From NCBI GenBank assembly GCA_963785725.1, contig CAWAWS010000020.1:303201-367200 (forward strand): 64,000 bases of DNA. The letters are read 5' to 3'. A program made the position numbers and the translations under genes. Origin of the DNA: an uncultured delta proteobacterium. GTDB lineage: Bacteria > Myxococcota_A > Polyangia > Palsa-1104. The notes under the pieces were generated by a model, which was given only the letters and a program-made list of their open reading frames with translations, was not told the DNA's origin and made no database searches. Position 1 is the first letter of the stretch. Every line of letters starts with the position of its first letter. Shown piece by piece: positions 1-11,311 of this stretch.

Positions 1-42
1 CGGTGCGTTCTTCGGTGTTTCTCGAGGAGACCGGCGCTGCGC

Positions 43-1819
43 TCATCGCTGCTTGCCTTCGAAATGAAACGGTGAGTGGACGTGCTCGATGACGCGGCCG
101 GCGGTGTAGATGTGCACGCCGCACGGCAGGCAAGGATCGAAGCTGCGGACCGTGCGCATGATGTCGATGCCCTTGAACTTGTCCGGCGCGTTCTCCTCGA
201 ACAGCGGCTGTCCCTGCACCGCGTCTTCGTATGGGCCGGGGGTGCCGTAGCTATCGCGCGGGCTGGCGTTCCACGGCGTCGGCGGATAGGGATGGTAGTT
301 GGCGATTTTGCCGCCGCGAATGACCATGTGATGCGACAGAACGCCGCGCACCGCCTCGGTGAACCCGCAGCCGACGCCGTCTTTGGGCACTTTGAACGGC
401 TCCCACGTCTTGTCGTGACCGGCACGTAGCTCCTCGAGCGCCTTGTCGACGAAGTGCAGCGCGCAGGCCGCCGCGTAGGCCTGGAAGTACGAGCGCGCGC
501 GATCGCGCTCGAGCGTGTTGGACCACTTTGGGATCTTCCACTCGAAGCGCGCCTCGGGCTTGGAAGCCGTGCGCGGCAAGTTGATGACGACGCTCGATCC
601 GGTGGCCTTGATGTAGCCGATGTCGACGAGGCCCGACAGCGCCGTCGACCACAAGCGCGCGATGGGACCGCCGCCGGTGTCGAGCGCCAAGTGGTCCTTG
701 CCGTCGTACCAGCGCGGCGACATGACCCAGCTGTATTTGTCGTCGAAGTCGCGCTTCTGCGGCCGCGGCGTGGTCGTCTGATTCCACGGGTGGCGCGCGT
801 CGACGGGATTGCCCAGCGGGTCGTGGGTGACGAACTTCTCCTCGTTCAGCCAGTCTCGATAGTAGGAGCTTCCGAGCAGGATGCGCATACCGAGGTTGAT
901 CTCGACCAAATCGTTGGTGACCAGCTTGCCGTCGACGACGACGCCGGGGGTGACGAACATCGCGCGTCCCCACTTGGTCATGTCGGCATACTTGAAGTTG
1001 CAGACCTCCGGATCCTGAAAGCTGCCCCAGCAGCCGAGGAGGATGCGACGCTGACCCACCTCGTGATAGCCGGGCAAGGCCTCGTAGAAGAAGTCGAAGA
1101 GATCATCATGTAGCGGCACGACGCGCTTGACGAAGTCGATGTAGCGCATGAGCCGTGTCTGGTAGTCGGTGAACAGCTGCACTGTCGCAACCGTGCCGAC
1201 GCCGCCCGGATAAAGCGTCGACGGATGGACGTGGCGCCCTTCCATCAGGCAGAACATCTCACGCGTGAGGCGGCTCATCATGCAGCGCCTCGCGGTAGAA
1301 GTCGCCCTCGATCGGGTTGACCGCCTTCATGATGTCGCCGATGGTCCGATAGCCGTGCTCGGCGGCGTGCGGCGCCTCGGTCTTCTCGGCGCGCGCCCAC
1401 ACGCCGGGATTGGTCTCCTTGACCATCTTTTCGCAGAAGTCGACGCAGACCAGGTTCTCTTGGAAGATGTTGTGGTCGAACATGTACTCGGCCGCTTCAC
1501 CGAGATTCACGATCCACTCGGCGAGATGTGGCGGCTTGACGCCGTAGGCCATGTTCTGCGCGTAACAGCTGCAAGTGGCGTGGTTGTCGCCGCAGATGCC
1601 GCAGATCCGGCTGGTGATGAAGTGCGAGTCGCGCGGATCTTTGCCTTTCATGAACACGCTGTAGCCGCGGAAGATCGAGGAGGTCGACTTGCACTCGACG
1701 ACCTTGCGCTTCTCGAAATCGATCTTGGTGTAGATGCCGAGGCTCCCGACGATGCGGGTGATCGGATCCCAGTTCATCTCCACCAGCTTGCCGGTGGACC
1801 CTTGCGACGGCATGGTCAT
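43..1819 (-). CDS. hhyL: [NiFe]-hydrogenase large subunit, group 1h/5 (high-affinity uptake type); split into two ORFs by an apparent 1-nt indel near 1282
   Basis: The N-part ORF 1259-1819 carries TSRICGICGDNHATCS (L1 Cys motif). The C-part ORF 43-1281 ends with RSFDPCLPCGVHIY (L2 motif). Both resemble the group 5/1h signatures as I recall them. The frames join as ...FYREAL|MMSRLTREM... with one extra nucleotide. Confidence 0.85.
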
Positions 1820-1829
1820 GGAATCCTCC

Positions 1830-2858
1830 TCACCACGTGGGCCGATAACCGGTCGTTAGCTTGGGCCCGCGGTGGCGCCACTTAGTCTCTTTGTCGACGG
1901 TCTTGACGGTGACGGCGCGCAGCGAGCGGATGAGGGAGCCGTAGAGGCCGACCGTCTTCGAAGAAATCTTGGCGCCGGGCGGCTCATCCATGAACGGCAT
2001 GAACATGTCGGGGAAGCCGGGCATCGTGCAGCCGATGCAGATGCCGCCGACGTTGGGACAGCCGCCGATGCCGGCCATCCAGCCGCGCTTGGGAACATTG
2101 CATTTGACGACCGGGCCCCAGCAGCCGATCTTCACCAGGCATTCGACCGTGCCGTACTCCTTGGTGAACTGGCCCTGCTCGTAGAAGCCGGCGCGATCGC
2201 AGCCCTCGTGCACCGTCAAGTCGAAGAGCCAGCGCGGGCGCAGGTTCTCGTCGAGCGGAATCATCGGCGCATGGCCGGCCAGCTGGTTCAAGAGGTAGAG
2301 CAGCGTCTCCGACAAGTTGTCGGGCTGAATCGGACAGCCGGGCACGCAGACGACGGGTAATCCCGCCTTGGACTTCCAGCTCCAGCCGAGGTAGTCGGGC
2401 ACGCCCATGGCGCCGGTGGGGTTGCCCTCCATGGCGTGAATGCCGCCGTAGGTGGCGCAGGTGCCCGCGGCGACGATGGCGCTGGCGTGCGGCGCCAGCT
2501 TGTCGAGCCAATCGCTGGTCGGCATCGGCTGTCCCGTCTCAGGATTGTTGCCGAACGCCGCCCAATAGCCCTCGGTCTTGATCTGCTCGTTGGGAATCGA
2601 TCCCTCCATGACGAGCACGAAGGGATCGATCTCGCCGCGCGAGGCTTTCCAAAACCACTCGATGAACTCGTCGCCGTTCTGGTAGTCGATGAGCGGCCAG
2701 TGGAAGATGACCTTCGGCATGCCCGGCAGCACACCGAGCGCAATGTCCTCGATGCTCGGCTGCATGGCGGCGGTCAGTGCGACCGAGTCGCCGTCGCAGC
2801 TCAGACCGGCGTTGATCCACAAGACATGAACGACCGGTTGCTTGCCGTTGGTCGGCAT
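1830..2858 (-). CDS. hhyS: [NiFe]-hydrogenase small subunit (group 1h-like, no Tat signal)
   Basis: 342 aa. The N-terminus has VHVLWINAGLSCDGDSVALTAA. Cys clusters include GCPNVGGICIGCTMPGFPD, typical of FeS-cluster small subunits. No twin-arginine leader. The gene ends 10 bp upstream of the large subunit. Confidence 0.85.
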   Translation of the reverse strand: MPTNGKQPVVHVLWINAGLSCDGDSVALTAAMQPSIEDIALGVLPGMPKVIFHWPLIDYQNGDEFIEWFWKASRGEIDPFVLVMEGSIPNEQIKTEGYWAAFGNNPETGQPMPTSDWLDKLAPHASAIVAAGTCATYGGIHAMEGNPTGAMGVPDYLGWSWKSKAGLPVVCVPGCPIQPDNLSETLLYLLNQLAGHAPMIPLDENLRPRWLFDLTVHEGCDRAGFYEQGQFTKEYGTVECLVKIGCWGPVVKCNVPKRGWMAGIGGCPNVGGICIGCTMPGFPDMFMPFMDEPPGAKISSKTVGLYGSLIRSLRAVTVKTVDKETKWRHRGPKLTTGYRPTW

Positions 2859-2910
2859 CAGGTCCTCCGCCCCGGCAGTTGCTGGGGACTGTGGGTTTGC
2901 GCAGACGAAG

Positions 2911-3543
2911 TCACGGCGTCGACCGCCCGAGCGCCGCGACGGTCATGGTGCCGCCGAGGATCAGGCTGGTAGCGCCCACTCCGAGCTGGAGCATGCGCGT
3001 GCTCCAGCTCCAGCGGCGCGCGGCCAGCCCGAGCGGCAGCGAGACCACGAACGACGAAGCGACCATGCCCGCGATCGAGCCGGCGCCGAACAGCCCGAGG
3101 TAGACGAAGGCGGCGCCCGCCGAATGGAGTGCCGGCAGCGCGACCAGAACGACGGCGCCCGATCCCTCGAGGCCGTGCAGGCCGCCGACGATGAGCGCGC
3201 GCGTTGCTTGCGGCGCTGCGACGGACGCTGCCGCGGCGGGTTGCGTGCGCAGCGAGCGCCGCAAGACGTCGGCGCCGAGCCAGATGAGCACGCCGCCGGC
3301 CAGGAGCTCGCCGGCCAACGACCAATGACTGCCGGGCGCCCAAGCCACGCCGGCGACGACCATCAGCGTGCCGACAAAGGTCAGCGTCAGGGAGTGGCCG
3401 AGTCCCCAGGCCGCGGCGATGCGGACGAGGTCGGCGCGGCGTGATACCCGCGTCGACAACGACGTGACCGCCGCCAAATGGTCGGCCTCGAACGCATGGC
3501 GCAGCCCGAGCAGGAAGCCGAGCCATAAAACGGCCGCGAACAT
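2911..3543 (-). CDS. Integral membrane protein, putative nickel/cobalt transporter (NicO/RcnA- or UreH-like)
   Basis: The likely start is the internal ATG at 3543 (MFAAVLWLGFLLGLRHAFEADHLAAV). It has multiple hydrophobic helices and an HAxxxDHxxA metal-transporter-like motif. It sits between hypB and the hydrogenase genes. Confidence 0.5.
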   Translation of the reverse strand: MFAAVLWLGFLLGLRHAFEADHLAAVTSLSTRVSRRADLVRIAAAWGLGHSLTLTFVGTLMVVAGVAWAPGSHWSLAGELLAGGVLIWLGADVLRRSLRTQPAAAASVAAPQATRALIVGGLHGLEGSGAVVLVALPALHSAGAAFVYLGLFGAGSIAGMVASSFVVSLPLGLAARRWSWSTRMLQLGVGATSLILGGTMTVAALGRSTP

Positions 3544-3544
3544 G

Positions 3545-4369
3545 TCAGCCCGCCGCTCGCGTAGCGTGGCGCCGGGCGCGCAAGAAATCGAGCCAGACAT
3601 CGCAGCCCTGACCCGAGCGCGCCGACAGCGCGACGATGCGCGCGCGCGGATTGATCCGCCGTGCATTCGCCGCGAAGCGATCGGTCGAGAAGTCGACATG
3701 TGGCAGAAGGTCGACCTTGTTCAAAAGCACGAGCTCAGCGGCGCGAAACATGTGCGGATACTTGAGCGGCTTGTCTTCTCCTTCCGTCACCGAGGCGATA
3801 ACGACGCGCGCCGCTTCACCGAGATCGAACAGCGCCGGGCAGACGAGGTTGCCGATGTTCTCGATGAAGAGCAGGCCTCCTTGCGGCTGCAGCTCGGACA
3901 GTGCGCGGCCGATCATCGCGGCGTCCAGGTGGCAGCCGGTGCCGGTGTTGATCTGCAGCGCGCGACCACCCGCGGCGCGGATGCGATCGGCGTCGGCCTG
4001 CGTCTCTTGGTCGCCTTCGATCACGGCCAGCGGCAGCTCGTTGGCCAACAGGCCCAACGTTCGCTCAAGCAACGTCGTCTTACCCGAGCCGGGCGAGCTC
4101 ATGAGGTTAGCTGCGACCACGTCGTGAGCGCGCAGCCACTGCCGATTGTGCGCCGCCAGCTGGTCATTTCGCGCCAGCACCGCCGTTTCGAAGGCGATCG
4201 TGCGGCCGCGTTCTTCCGTGCTTTCCGGCGACGGCGGCTGCGAAGGTGAATGTGAATGGACCTGCGCCGCTACACGCGCTTCAGGCCGGCGGAAGACCAG
4301 CGAACGTCGGTGCACACCCGGCGGAGCGCGGTGCTGGTGGTCTTGGCCACAACCGCAGGTTACGCACAT
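3545..4369 (-). CDS. hypB: Hydrogenase nickel-incorporation GTPase HypB
   Basis: N-terminal MCVTCGC (CxxCGC Ni site), P-loop [27 protein letters not shown] and NKVDLL. The start ATG at 4367-4369 overlaps the hypA stop codon by 1 nt. Confidence 0.9.
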   Translation of the reverse strand: MCVTCGCGQDHQHRAPPGVHRRSLVFRRPEARVAAQVHSHSPSQPPSPESTEERGRTIAFETAVLARNDQLAAHNRQWLRAHDVVAANLMSSPGSGKTTLLERTLGLLANELPLAVIEGDQETQADADRIRAAGGRALQINTGTGCHLDAAMIGRALSELQPQGGLLFIENIGNLVCPALFDLGEAARVVIASVTEGEDKPLKYPHMFRAAELVLLNKVDLLPHVDFSTDRFAANARRINPRARIVALSARSGQGCDVWLDFLRARRHATRAAG

Positions 4370-4695
4370 CAAGCCACCTCGACTTCTTTGATGTTTAGCT
4401 CCTGGCCGGCGTCGAGCTCGATGTCCACGCTGCCGCAGACGCAGAGTGGAATTGCGTCGAAAGACTGAGCGCGCGCGCACTGGCGACAGCGCCCGTGCGC
4501 GGCGACTTCGTCGATCTGCAGTTGCGCGCTTTCCACCGGCGTGTCGCGGCTGCAGGTCTCGAACGCAAAGCGCAGCGCGTCCGGCAGAACGGCCATCAAG
4601 CTGCCCACCTCGAGTCGCACGCGCACCACGCGTGCAGCGCCGAGCCGATCGCGAATGGCAGCGAGGATGCTCTCGGTGAGCGCCACTTCGTGCAT
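4369..4695 (-). CDS. hypA: Hydrogenase maturation nickel metallochaperone HypA
   Basis: 108 aa. It has the N-terminal MHE motif and a Zn site formed by CRQC...CVCG. Confidence 0.9.
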   Translation of the reverse strand: MHEVALTESILAAIRDRLGAARVVRVRLEVGSLMAVLPDALRFAFETCSRDTPVESAQLQIDEVAAHGRCRQCARAQSFDAIPLCVCGSVDIELDAGQELNIKEVEVA

Positions 4696-4785
4696 GCGCC
4701 GGTTCTTAAGCCTCCCGCAGCGCTGTCAATGGCAGGCCGGCTAGTCAGGCACTCGTCCTATTGAACGGCTGGAGCACGGCGCTAG

Positions 4786-7096
4786 ATGGTTCGCGTGCAG
4801 ATGTCACCGACGGCTGATGCTGCGCCGCGTCGCATAGGGCTGCGCGTGCGCGGCCTCGTGCAGGGTGTGGGCTTTCGCCCGACCGTGCACCGCATCGCCA
4901 CGTCCATTGGGCTCGGCGGTAGCGTTTGCAACGACAGCGAAGGCGTTTGGATCGAGCTGCAGGGCGAGCCGGCGCAGATCGCGTCTTTCGTCGAGCGACT
5001 CCACGCCGAGCAGCCCGAGCGGGCGCGCATCGACGAGATCGATCGTCGCGAATTGGCTGCCGCCGCCGGCGGCGACCGCGAATTTCGCATCATGGCTTCG
5101 CGCGACGAAGGCGACGCCAGCGCGCTCTTGCCGGTCGACGCCGCTCCCTGCACCGCCTGCCTGGCCGAGCTGACCGATCCGTGCGACCGCCGCTATCGCT
5201 ATCCGTTCATCAACTGCACCGACTGCGGACCGCGCTACACGATTGTGCGGGATATCCCGTATGACCGCGCACGCACGACGATGACGTCATTCACCATGTG
5301 CGCGGAGTGCCGCCGCGAATACAAGGATCCACGCAGCCGCCGGTTTCATGCCGAGCCCAACGGCTGCGCGCGCTGCGGCCCGCGACTCGCGTTCTTCGAC
5401 GGCGCGAGCCGTGTCGAAGGGCAAACGGGATTGGCCGCGGCGGTGCAATGTCTACACGCGGGCGCGATCGTCGCCGTCAAAGGCGTCGGCGGGTTCGTGC
5501 TCGCGTGTCGACGCGCTGGGACGCGGCGGCGGTGGCTCGGTTGCGCGCGCGCAAGCGACGACCGCACAAGCCGCTGGCCCTGATGGCGCGCGATCTGGCG
5601 ACGATCGAGTCGATCGCGCACGTCTCGCCGCCCGCGCGCGCGGCGTTGACGGACGCGGCGCGGCCGATCGTGCTCTTGCCGCGACGGCTGCGACCGCGCA
5701 CTGCCCGCGCCGTTGGCTCCGGGCCTCAGCGAGCTGGGCGTGATGCTGCCGTCGACGCCGCTGCATCATTTGTTGCTCGCGCGACGGGCCGTCGCTACAG
5801 GTGATGACGAGCGGTAATCGTGGCGACGAGCCGATCGCCCGCGACGACGAGGAGGCGCTGCGCGGCGCTCGACGGCATCGCCGATGCGTACCTGATCGCA
5901 CGATCGCGAGATTCACACGCGCGCCGACGACTCGGTGCTGCGCATCGTGGCTGGCGCGACCCAGCCGCTGCGCTCCGCGCGCGGAATCGTGCCCGATGCC
6001 GTCGACGCTGCCGTTCGCGGGGCCGCCGCTCGTCGCCGTGGGCGCGCACACAAAGTCGACCGTCTGCTTCGTGCGCGGCGACCAGGCGTTCGTGTCGCAG
6101 CACCTCGGCGACCTGTCGCAGCGGGCAACGGCGAGCTTTTTCGAAGAGACGATCGCCAAACTCGGTCGCCTGTTGCGCCTCGAGCCGGCAGATCGGTCGC
6201 GCACGATCTCCATCCCGACTATCGCTCGACGCGTTGGGCGCTCGAATGCGGTTTGCCGCGTTTGGCCGTTCAGCATCATCACGCGCACATCGCCGCCTGC
6301 CTGGCCGAGCACGGCCGCACGGGGCCGGCCATCGGGGTGGCTTTCGACGGAACCGGCTGCGGCAGCGACGGCTCGGCCTGGGGCGGCGAGTGGTTGGTGG
6401 CCGACCTTCGCGACTTCCGCCGCGTCGGCCACTTGCGTCCGATCGGCTTACCCGGCGGCGAGGCGGCAATTCGCGAGCCTTGGCGTCTGGCGCTGTCGAC
6501 GCTGCGCGATGCCGGTGTCGAGCCCATTTTGCGCGCGGCGCTCGATCGACGAGCGCCGTCGCAGCGCCGTGCTCCGCTTGTGCTCCGCCCCGTGGTCGAC
6601 GCCGACAGCGACGAGCGCGGGCCGTTGGTTCGACGCGATCGCCGCGCTGGCAGGTGTACGTTACGAGGTCACTACGAAGGTCAGGCCGCCATCGAGCTCG
6701 AGGCCGCTAGCCGGCATGGCCGACGTATCGCGCCTATCCATCGGCTGGATCGCGCCGGCCTCGCCATTCGTGGTCGACTCTGAGGCCGACCGTGCGCGCC
6801 GTGGCCGCCGAAGTCGCCGCAGGACGCCGGCGCAGACGTGGTTTCGGCACGTTTTCACGAGACGATGGCGCGCGCCATCCTCGTCGGCTGTCGTCTCGCC
6901 CGCGCCGGCAGCGGGCTCGAGACCGTGGCGCTCTCCGGCGGTTGCTTTGCCAATCGCCTGCTGACCGAGCGCGCCCTCACACTCTTGGGCGCCGACGGCT
7001 TCGAGGTGCTGATCCATCGACGGGTGCCCACCAGGCGACGGCGGCATCTCGCTCGGCCAGGCCGCCGTCGCCGCTCGTCGACATGGGAGGGTCTGA
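4786..7096 (+). pseudogene. hypF: Carbamoyltransferase HypF, broken by roughly 12 frame changes in this sequence
   Basis: Acylphosphatase domain ([20 protein letters not shown]). Two Zn fingers (CTACLAEL...CTDCGPRYT; CAECRREY...CARCGPRL). YrdC-like segment (VAVKGVGGF; [11 protein letters not shown]). Further recognisable segments are LGVMLPSTPLHHLL, MTSGNRGDEPI, HDLHPDYRST, QHHHAHIAACLAEHG, GVAFDGTGCGSDGSAWGGE, SAGRWFDAIAAL, ARFHETMA...ALSGGCFANRLL, and the C-terminal PPGDGGISLGQAAV. These segments are scattered over all three + frames (ORFs 4786, 5298, 5801, 5820, 5935, 6792, 6838). Confidence 0.85.
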
Positions 7097-7374
7097 TGTG
7101 CCTCGGCATCCCCGGTGAAGTCATAGAAGTGCACGAAGATCGTGGCCTCAAGTTCGCGCAGGTGCGCTTCGGCGGGGTCACGCGCGAGGTCTGCCTCGAA
7201 TATCAGCTCGACGCCGCGGTCGGCGACTTCGTACTCGTCCATGTCGGCTTCGCCATCGCCCGCATCGATCGACAGGAGGCCGAGCTCGCCTGGCAGGCCC
7301 TCGAGCAAATGGGCGGTCTCGAAGACGTCGCGCCGCCCGCGGACGCTTTTACGCGCGTGGAGGGTGAGCCATGA
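7096..7374 (+). CDS. hypC: Hydrogenase assembly chaperone HypC
   Basis: Internal start [12 protein letters not shown] (conserved Cys2), ~92 aa. The ATG at 7096 overlaps the hypF stop codon (TGATG). Confidence 0.9.
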   Translation: MCLGIPGEVIEVHEDRGLKFAQVRFGGVTREVCLEYQLDAAVGDFVLVHVGFAIARIDRQEAELAWQALEQMGGLEDVAPPADAFTRVEGEP

Positions 7375-8475
7375 AGTATCTCGACGAGTATCGCGACCGC
7401 GATGTGGCCCAGGCGCTCGTCGGCCGCATCGCCGCGACGGTGACCAAGCCTTGGGTGCTCATGGAGATGTGCGGTGGACAGACGCACTCGATCGTGCGCT
7501 ACGGCCTCGATCGACTGCTGCCGCCGATGCTCGAGCTGGTGCACGGACCCGGCTGTCCCGTGTGCGTCACGTCGCTGGAGATGATCGATCGCGCCCACGC
7601 AATCGCCGCCATGCCCGGCGTCATCTTCACGTCATTCGGCGACATGCTGCGCGTGCCTGGCTCCAACGCCGACCTCTTGCGCTTGCGCAGTCGCGGCGCC
7701 GACGTGCGCGTCGTCTACTCGCCGCTCGACGCGCTTGGCGCTGGCGCGCGCCAATCCCGACAAGCGCGTCGTGTTCTTCGCCATCGGCTTCGAGACGACG
7801 GCGCCGGCCAATGCGATGGCAGCGGTACAAGCGCGCAAGCAGAACCTGACCAACTTCTCGCTCCTGGTCTCGCACGTGCTGGTGCCGCCGGCGATCGAGA
7901 CGATCCTGCAGGCGCCGGACAATCGCGTTCAGGGCTTCCTCGGCCCAGGCCACGTCTGCGCTGTCATGGGCTTCGCCGAATACGAGGTGCTGGCGCGACA
8001 ATATCGCGTTCCGATCGTCGTCGCCGGCTTCGAGCCCGTCGATTTATTGCTGGGCATCTTGATGGCCGTGCAGCAGCTGGAAGCGGGGCACGCGACGGTC
8101 GAAAACCAATACGCTCGCACGGTCAGTCGCGACGGCAACCGTGCCGCCCGCAACCGAGTGGACGAGGTCTTCGAGGTCGCCGACCGCAAATGGCGCGGCG
8201 TCGGCGCGATCCCGCAGTCGGGCTACCGGCTGCGTCCGGAGTTTCACGCATGGGATGCGGAGCGCATCTTCGACGTCGGCACAATCGAGACGCGAGAACC
8301 GGCCCGTTGCATCAGCGGGCTCATCTTGCGCGGCGTCAAGAAGCCGTGCGACTGCTCGGCGTTTGGCAAGGACTGCACGCCGCAGAGTCCGCTCGGCGCG
8401 ACGATGGTCTCGGCCGAGGGCGCTTGCGCCGCCTATTTCCAATACGGCCGGCGCGCCGCCCGGGAAGTCGCATGA
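7371..8475 (+). CDS. hypD: Hydrogenase maturation factor HypD; one frame break near 7737
   Basis: MKYLDEYRD..., [18 protein letters not shown], then after a frame change [18 protein letters not shown] and GPGHV. ORFs 7371-8552 and 7735-8475 together give a full-length HypD. Its start overlaps the hypC stop (ATGA). Confidence 0.85.
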
Positions 8476-8541
8476 GCCAGTCGAGCGGCAGCCTCGCGAC
8501 GCAACCGCCCGCTTCGTTCCAACTCGAGTCGGGAGCAAACG

Positions 8542-9600
8542 ATGTCCGCTGACGCAGTGATTCCTTTTCCGGCTTGTCCCATGCCGCTCGTCGACAGCGA
8601 CGAGGTGCTGATCGGCCACGGCTCGGGTGGAAGGCTGACCGCGCAGCTCATCGAGCAGCTCATCGTGCCCGCGTTTTCCAATCCGCTGCTCGATCGTCTG
8701 GATGACGCCGCGATCGTCGACACCGACAGCGAGCGCATCGCCTTTACGACAGATTCGTACGTTGTCACGCCTATCTTCTTTCGCGGTGGCGACATCGGCG
8801 AGCTCGCTGTCAACGGCACGATCAACGACTTGGCGGTCTCGGGGGCGCGCCCACTGGCGTTGTCGCTGGCTTTTATCCTCGAGGAGGGGCTGCCATTGGC
8901 CGATCTGCGGCGGGTCATCGAGTCGGCGCGCTCGGCCGCGGCGCGCGCGGGGGTTCCCGTCGTCACCGGCGACACTAAAGTGGTTGGTCGCGGCTGCGCC
9001 GACAAGTTGTTCATCAACACGTCGGGCATAGGCGCAGTTACGCGCGGTCGACAGCTGGGCGCACGCGAGGTGCGTGCCGGCGACGCTATCGTCGTTTCCG
9101 GCACGATGGGCGACCACGGCGTGGCCATCCTATCGCAGCGACTGGGGCTCGATCTCGAAGGAGACCTGCGCAGCGATACGGCGCCACTCCACGAGCTTGC
9201 CGCGTTGGCATTGTCGGCGGCGCCCGGGCTGCACGCCATGCGCGATCCCACCCGCGGTGGTCTGGCAGCGACGCTGGTCGAGATTGCGTCCCGGCAGCGG
9301 CTGGGTGTCGCCATCGACGAGCTCGCGATTCCCATCTCCGATGCCGTGCGCGGAGCTTGCGAGATTCTAGGGCTCGATCCGCTGCTCGTCGCCAACGAAG
9401 GCAAGCTGGTGGCGTTCGTGCCCGCAGCCGAGGCCGACGCGCTCGTGGCCGCGCTGCGCCGCCACCCACTCGGTCGGAAGGCCGCCCGCATCGGTCGCGT
9501 CACCGATCAGAGCCGCGGACTAGTTACCGTCGGGACTGCCATCGGTGGCGAGCGCATCCTCGAGCTGCCCTTCGCCGAGATGCTGCCCCGAATCTGCTGA
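8542..9600 (+). CDS. hypE: Hydrogenase maturation carbamoyl dehydratase HypE
   Basis: 352 aa with PurM-like architecture and the diagnostic C-terminal PRIC motif. The reading frame is intact. Confidence 0.9.
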   Translation: MSADAVIPFPACPMPLVDSDEVLIGHGSGGRLTAQLIEQLIVPAFSNPLLDRLDDAAIVDTDSERIAFTTDSYVVTPIFFRGGDIGELAVNGTINDLAVSGARPLALSLAFILEEGLPLADLRRVIESARSAAARAGVPVVTGDTKVVGRGCADKLFINTSGIGAVTRGRQLGAREVRAGDAIVVSGTMGDHGVAILSQRLGLDLEGDLRSDTAPLHELAALALSAAPGLHAMRDPTRGGLAATLVEIASRQRLGVAIDELAIPISDAVRGACEILGLDPLLVANEGKLVAFVPAAEADALVAALRRHPLGRKAARIGRVTDQSRGLVTVGTAIGGERILELPFAEMLPRIC

Positions 9601-9682
9601 ACGAGCGGCTTGCCATTGTGCGGTCAGCGTCGTTCGCATGCAGCGGGCGCGACGCATCGTCGAAAACAACTTGAGGTCGACG

Positions 9683-10078
9683 ATGCTGTTTCGTGATCGA
9701 GCGATGCTGGAAGCGATTGGCAGAGCGCGTGCTCTAACGGGAATCGAGCGTTGGTCCCAAGCCCAGCTGCCGCGTGATGGCGTCCCGGTTGGATTCGAGG
9801 TCGCGCGGGCGTTGCAGGTGCCGCTTGACGTATTCGCCGTCCGCAACCTGGGCGTCCCGGGTCAGGAAGAGTTGGCCATGGGGGCGATCGCCAGCGGACA
9901 GATTGTCGTGCTCAATTAGGAGCTCATTTCCTCGCTGGAAATTTCCGATGAGATGGTGCGTCGCACCATCGAGCACGAGCAGAGGGAGCTCGTGCGCCGC
10001 GAAGTGGCGTATCGCTTGAGCCCGCCACCGCCGCTCGCGGACCGCGGCGTCATTCTCGTTGACGATGGTTTGGCCACG
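9683..10078 (+). pseudogene. Phosphoribosyltransferase-family gene remnant with an in-frame TAG and a 3' truncation
   Basis: MLFRDR..., [42 protein letters not shown], stop TAG at 9917-9919. The same frame then continues EHEQRELVRREVAYR...GVILVDDGLAT. Homology ends abruptly near 10078. Confidence 0.55.
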
Positions 10079-10223
10079 CCCAGAGCGCGTCCAGTAGTTC
10101 TTCTGTTGGGGGTGCAATATCGAATGGGTGCTCCGCCGACAGCCCCCCGACGTTCTTTGTGCCCGGCCGAAAGAATTCTCGACGGTGATACTCGTAATCG
10201 GAAAGATCAGGATAGTAGGCCAT
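10050..10223 (-). pseudogene. Truncated small hypothetical gene (MAYYPDLSDYEY... family), 3' end lost at the junction with the PRTase remnant
   Basis: The internal ATG at 10223 gives MAYYPDLSDYEYHRREFFRPGTKNVGGLSAEHPFDIAPPTEELLDALWAW. The frame then runs into PRTase-derived sequence. GC is lower than in the flanks. No family could be assigned by eye. Confidence 0.3.
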
Positions 10224-10328
10224 GACCGGTTTCCTTTGCGATGAAGTCCGTCCGCGTCGCTGTATCGTCGACGGTCGCCTCCTGAGTCTAGAAGCAGCGA
10301 CCGACACGACGCCATTCGGCCTCGTGAA

Positions 10329-10775
10329 CTAGCGTTGCAGAGGCTCGAAGAAGCGCCGTCCATCGACAATCGCCCGCTGCTCAATCTCGTTGCGAGTCCA
10401 AAGTTGGTCGCCGAAATCGTCCGAAGCGAGGCCGCAAAAGCGTGAGAGCAGCGTAAGGGCAAACGTTGTGGTCTCGACGGCGCCATTGTGACGGCCAGAC
10501 ACGTCCGCTGCGACACTTACTTGGATTTCACCGCTCAGTGCCGCTCGGATCGCACGAACTTCGTCTGCTTCATGCTCCGTATCGATGTCCTTGTAGAAGT
10601 CGATGTAAAGGACAGGATCGCGGCTTTCCGACACCAGGAGCCACGGCGCGTCGCCCGTCTGCGCCACGAAGTGTGCGTCCAGCACGCGAGCGACCTCTTC
10701 TTGGGTACAGCCGGTCAAATAGCAGATCACGGTCCTCATGTGCGTATCGTCCGGGGAAGATATGCCTTGACGCAA
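10329..10775 (-). CDS. Hypothetical protein (no recognisable domain)
   Basis: 148-aa ORF with an alternative start at 10739 (MRTVICYL...). Its composition is acidic and non-repetitive, unlike GC-shadow ORFs. It lies next to an IS remnant. Confidence 0.4.
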   Translation of the reverse strand: MRQGISSPDDTHMRTVICYLTGCTQEEVARVLDAHFVAQTGDAPWLLVSESRDPVLYIDFYKDIDTEHEADEVRAIRAALSGEIQVSVAADVSGRHNGAVETTTFALTLLSRFCGLASDDFGDQLWTRNEIEQRAIVDGRRFFEPLQR

Positions 10776-10819
10776 TATCGGAATCAGGACGGGAGCACTG
10801 GGCCGCGCGATCGGCCCGG

Positions 10820-11311
10820 TTACGACGTATCCGTCCAGCGGAGCGGCGGCGTCCAGTTGTGTGGCAGCAGCTCGTCGATGCGCGAGGCGGGATGCACGTC
10901 GACGCGCATTAGTACGTCCTCGAGGTACGCGAAGGGATCGACCTCGCGCGCTTCACAGCTTGCTACCAGCGAGGCGAGGGTGGCGTAATGGTCGCCGGCC
11001 CCGGCGTCATCGACGAAGAGCCAATTTTTCCGATTCAGAGCGACGGTCCTCAGCGCCGATTCGGAGGCGTTGTTGTCGACCGGCACGTTCACGTTGTCGA
11101 CGAAGCAGAGGGGCCGGTCCCATTGATTGAGCGCGTAGCTGATGGCGGAGCCGAGCGGGCCTTTGGGCAGGTGCTTGGGCTGCTCCTCGACGAGCCACTC
11201 GCGGAGTCGATCCATCGCAGCGCGGGAGCGCGTCTGCCGCATCGCGAGATGTTCGGGCGTCCGCACGATCTTGCGCGCCTTGGCCTCGTGCTCGACGCGG
11301 TAGTCCTCGAG
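10820..11311 (-). mobile_element. IS66-family transposase, C-terminal ~165-aa remnant (copy A)
   Basis: YRVEHEAKARKIVRTPEHL...PKGPLGSAISYALNQWDRPLCFVDNVNVPVDNNASESALRTVALNRKNWLF...ELLPHNWTPPLRWTDTS. Similarity to copy B stops near 11311. Confidence 0.75.

Noticed and set aside
1259-1290. Programmed ribosomal frameshifting as the explanation for the hhyL break and other single breaks.
   Set aside because: There is no slippery heptamer or downstream structure at the sites I resolved. The breaks look like single G/C indels in GC runs and occur in many unrelated genes.
4696-4785. Possible sigma-54 promoter (TGGCAGGCCGGCTAGT) in the divergent hypA/hypF intergenic region.
   Set aside because: The GG is present, but the GC dinucleotide is not at the required -12 spacing, so it does not fit TGGCAC-N5-TTGC.
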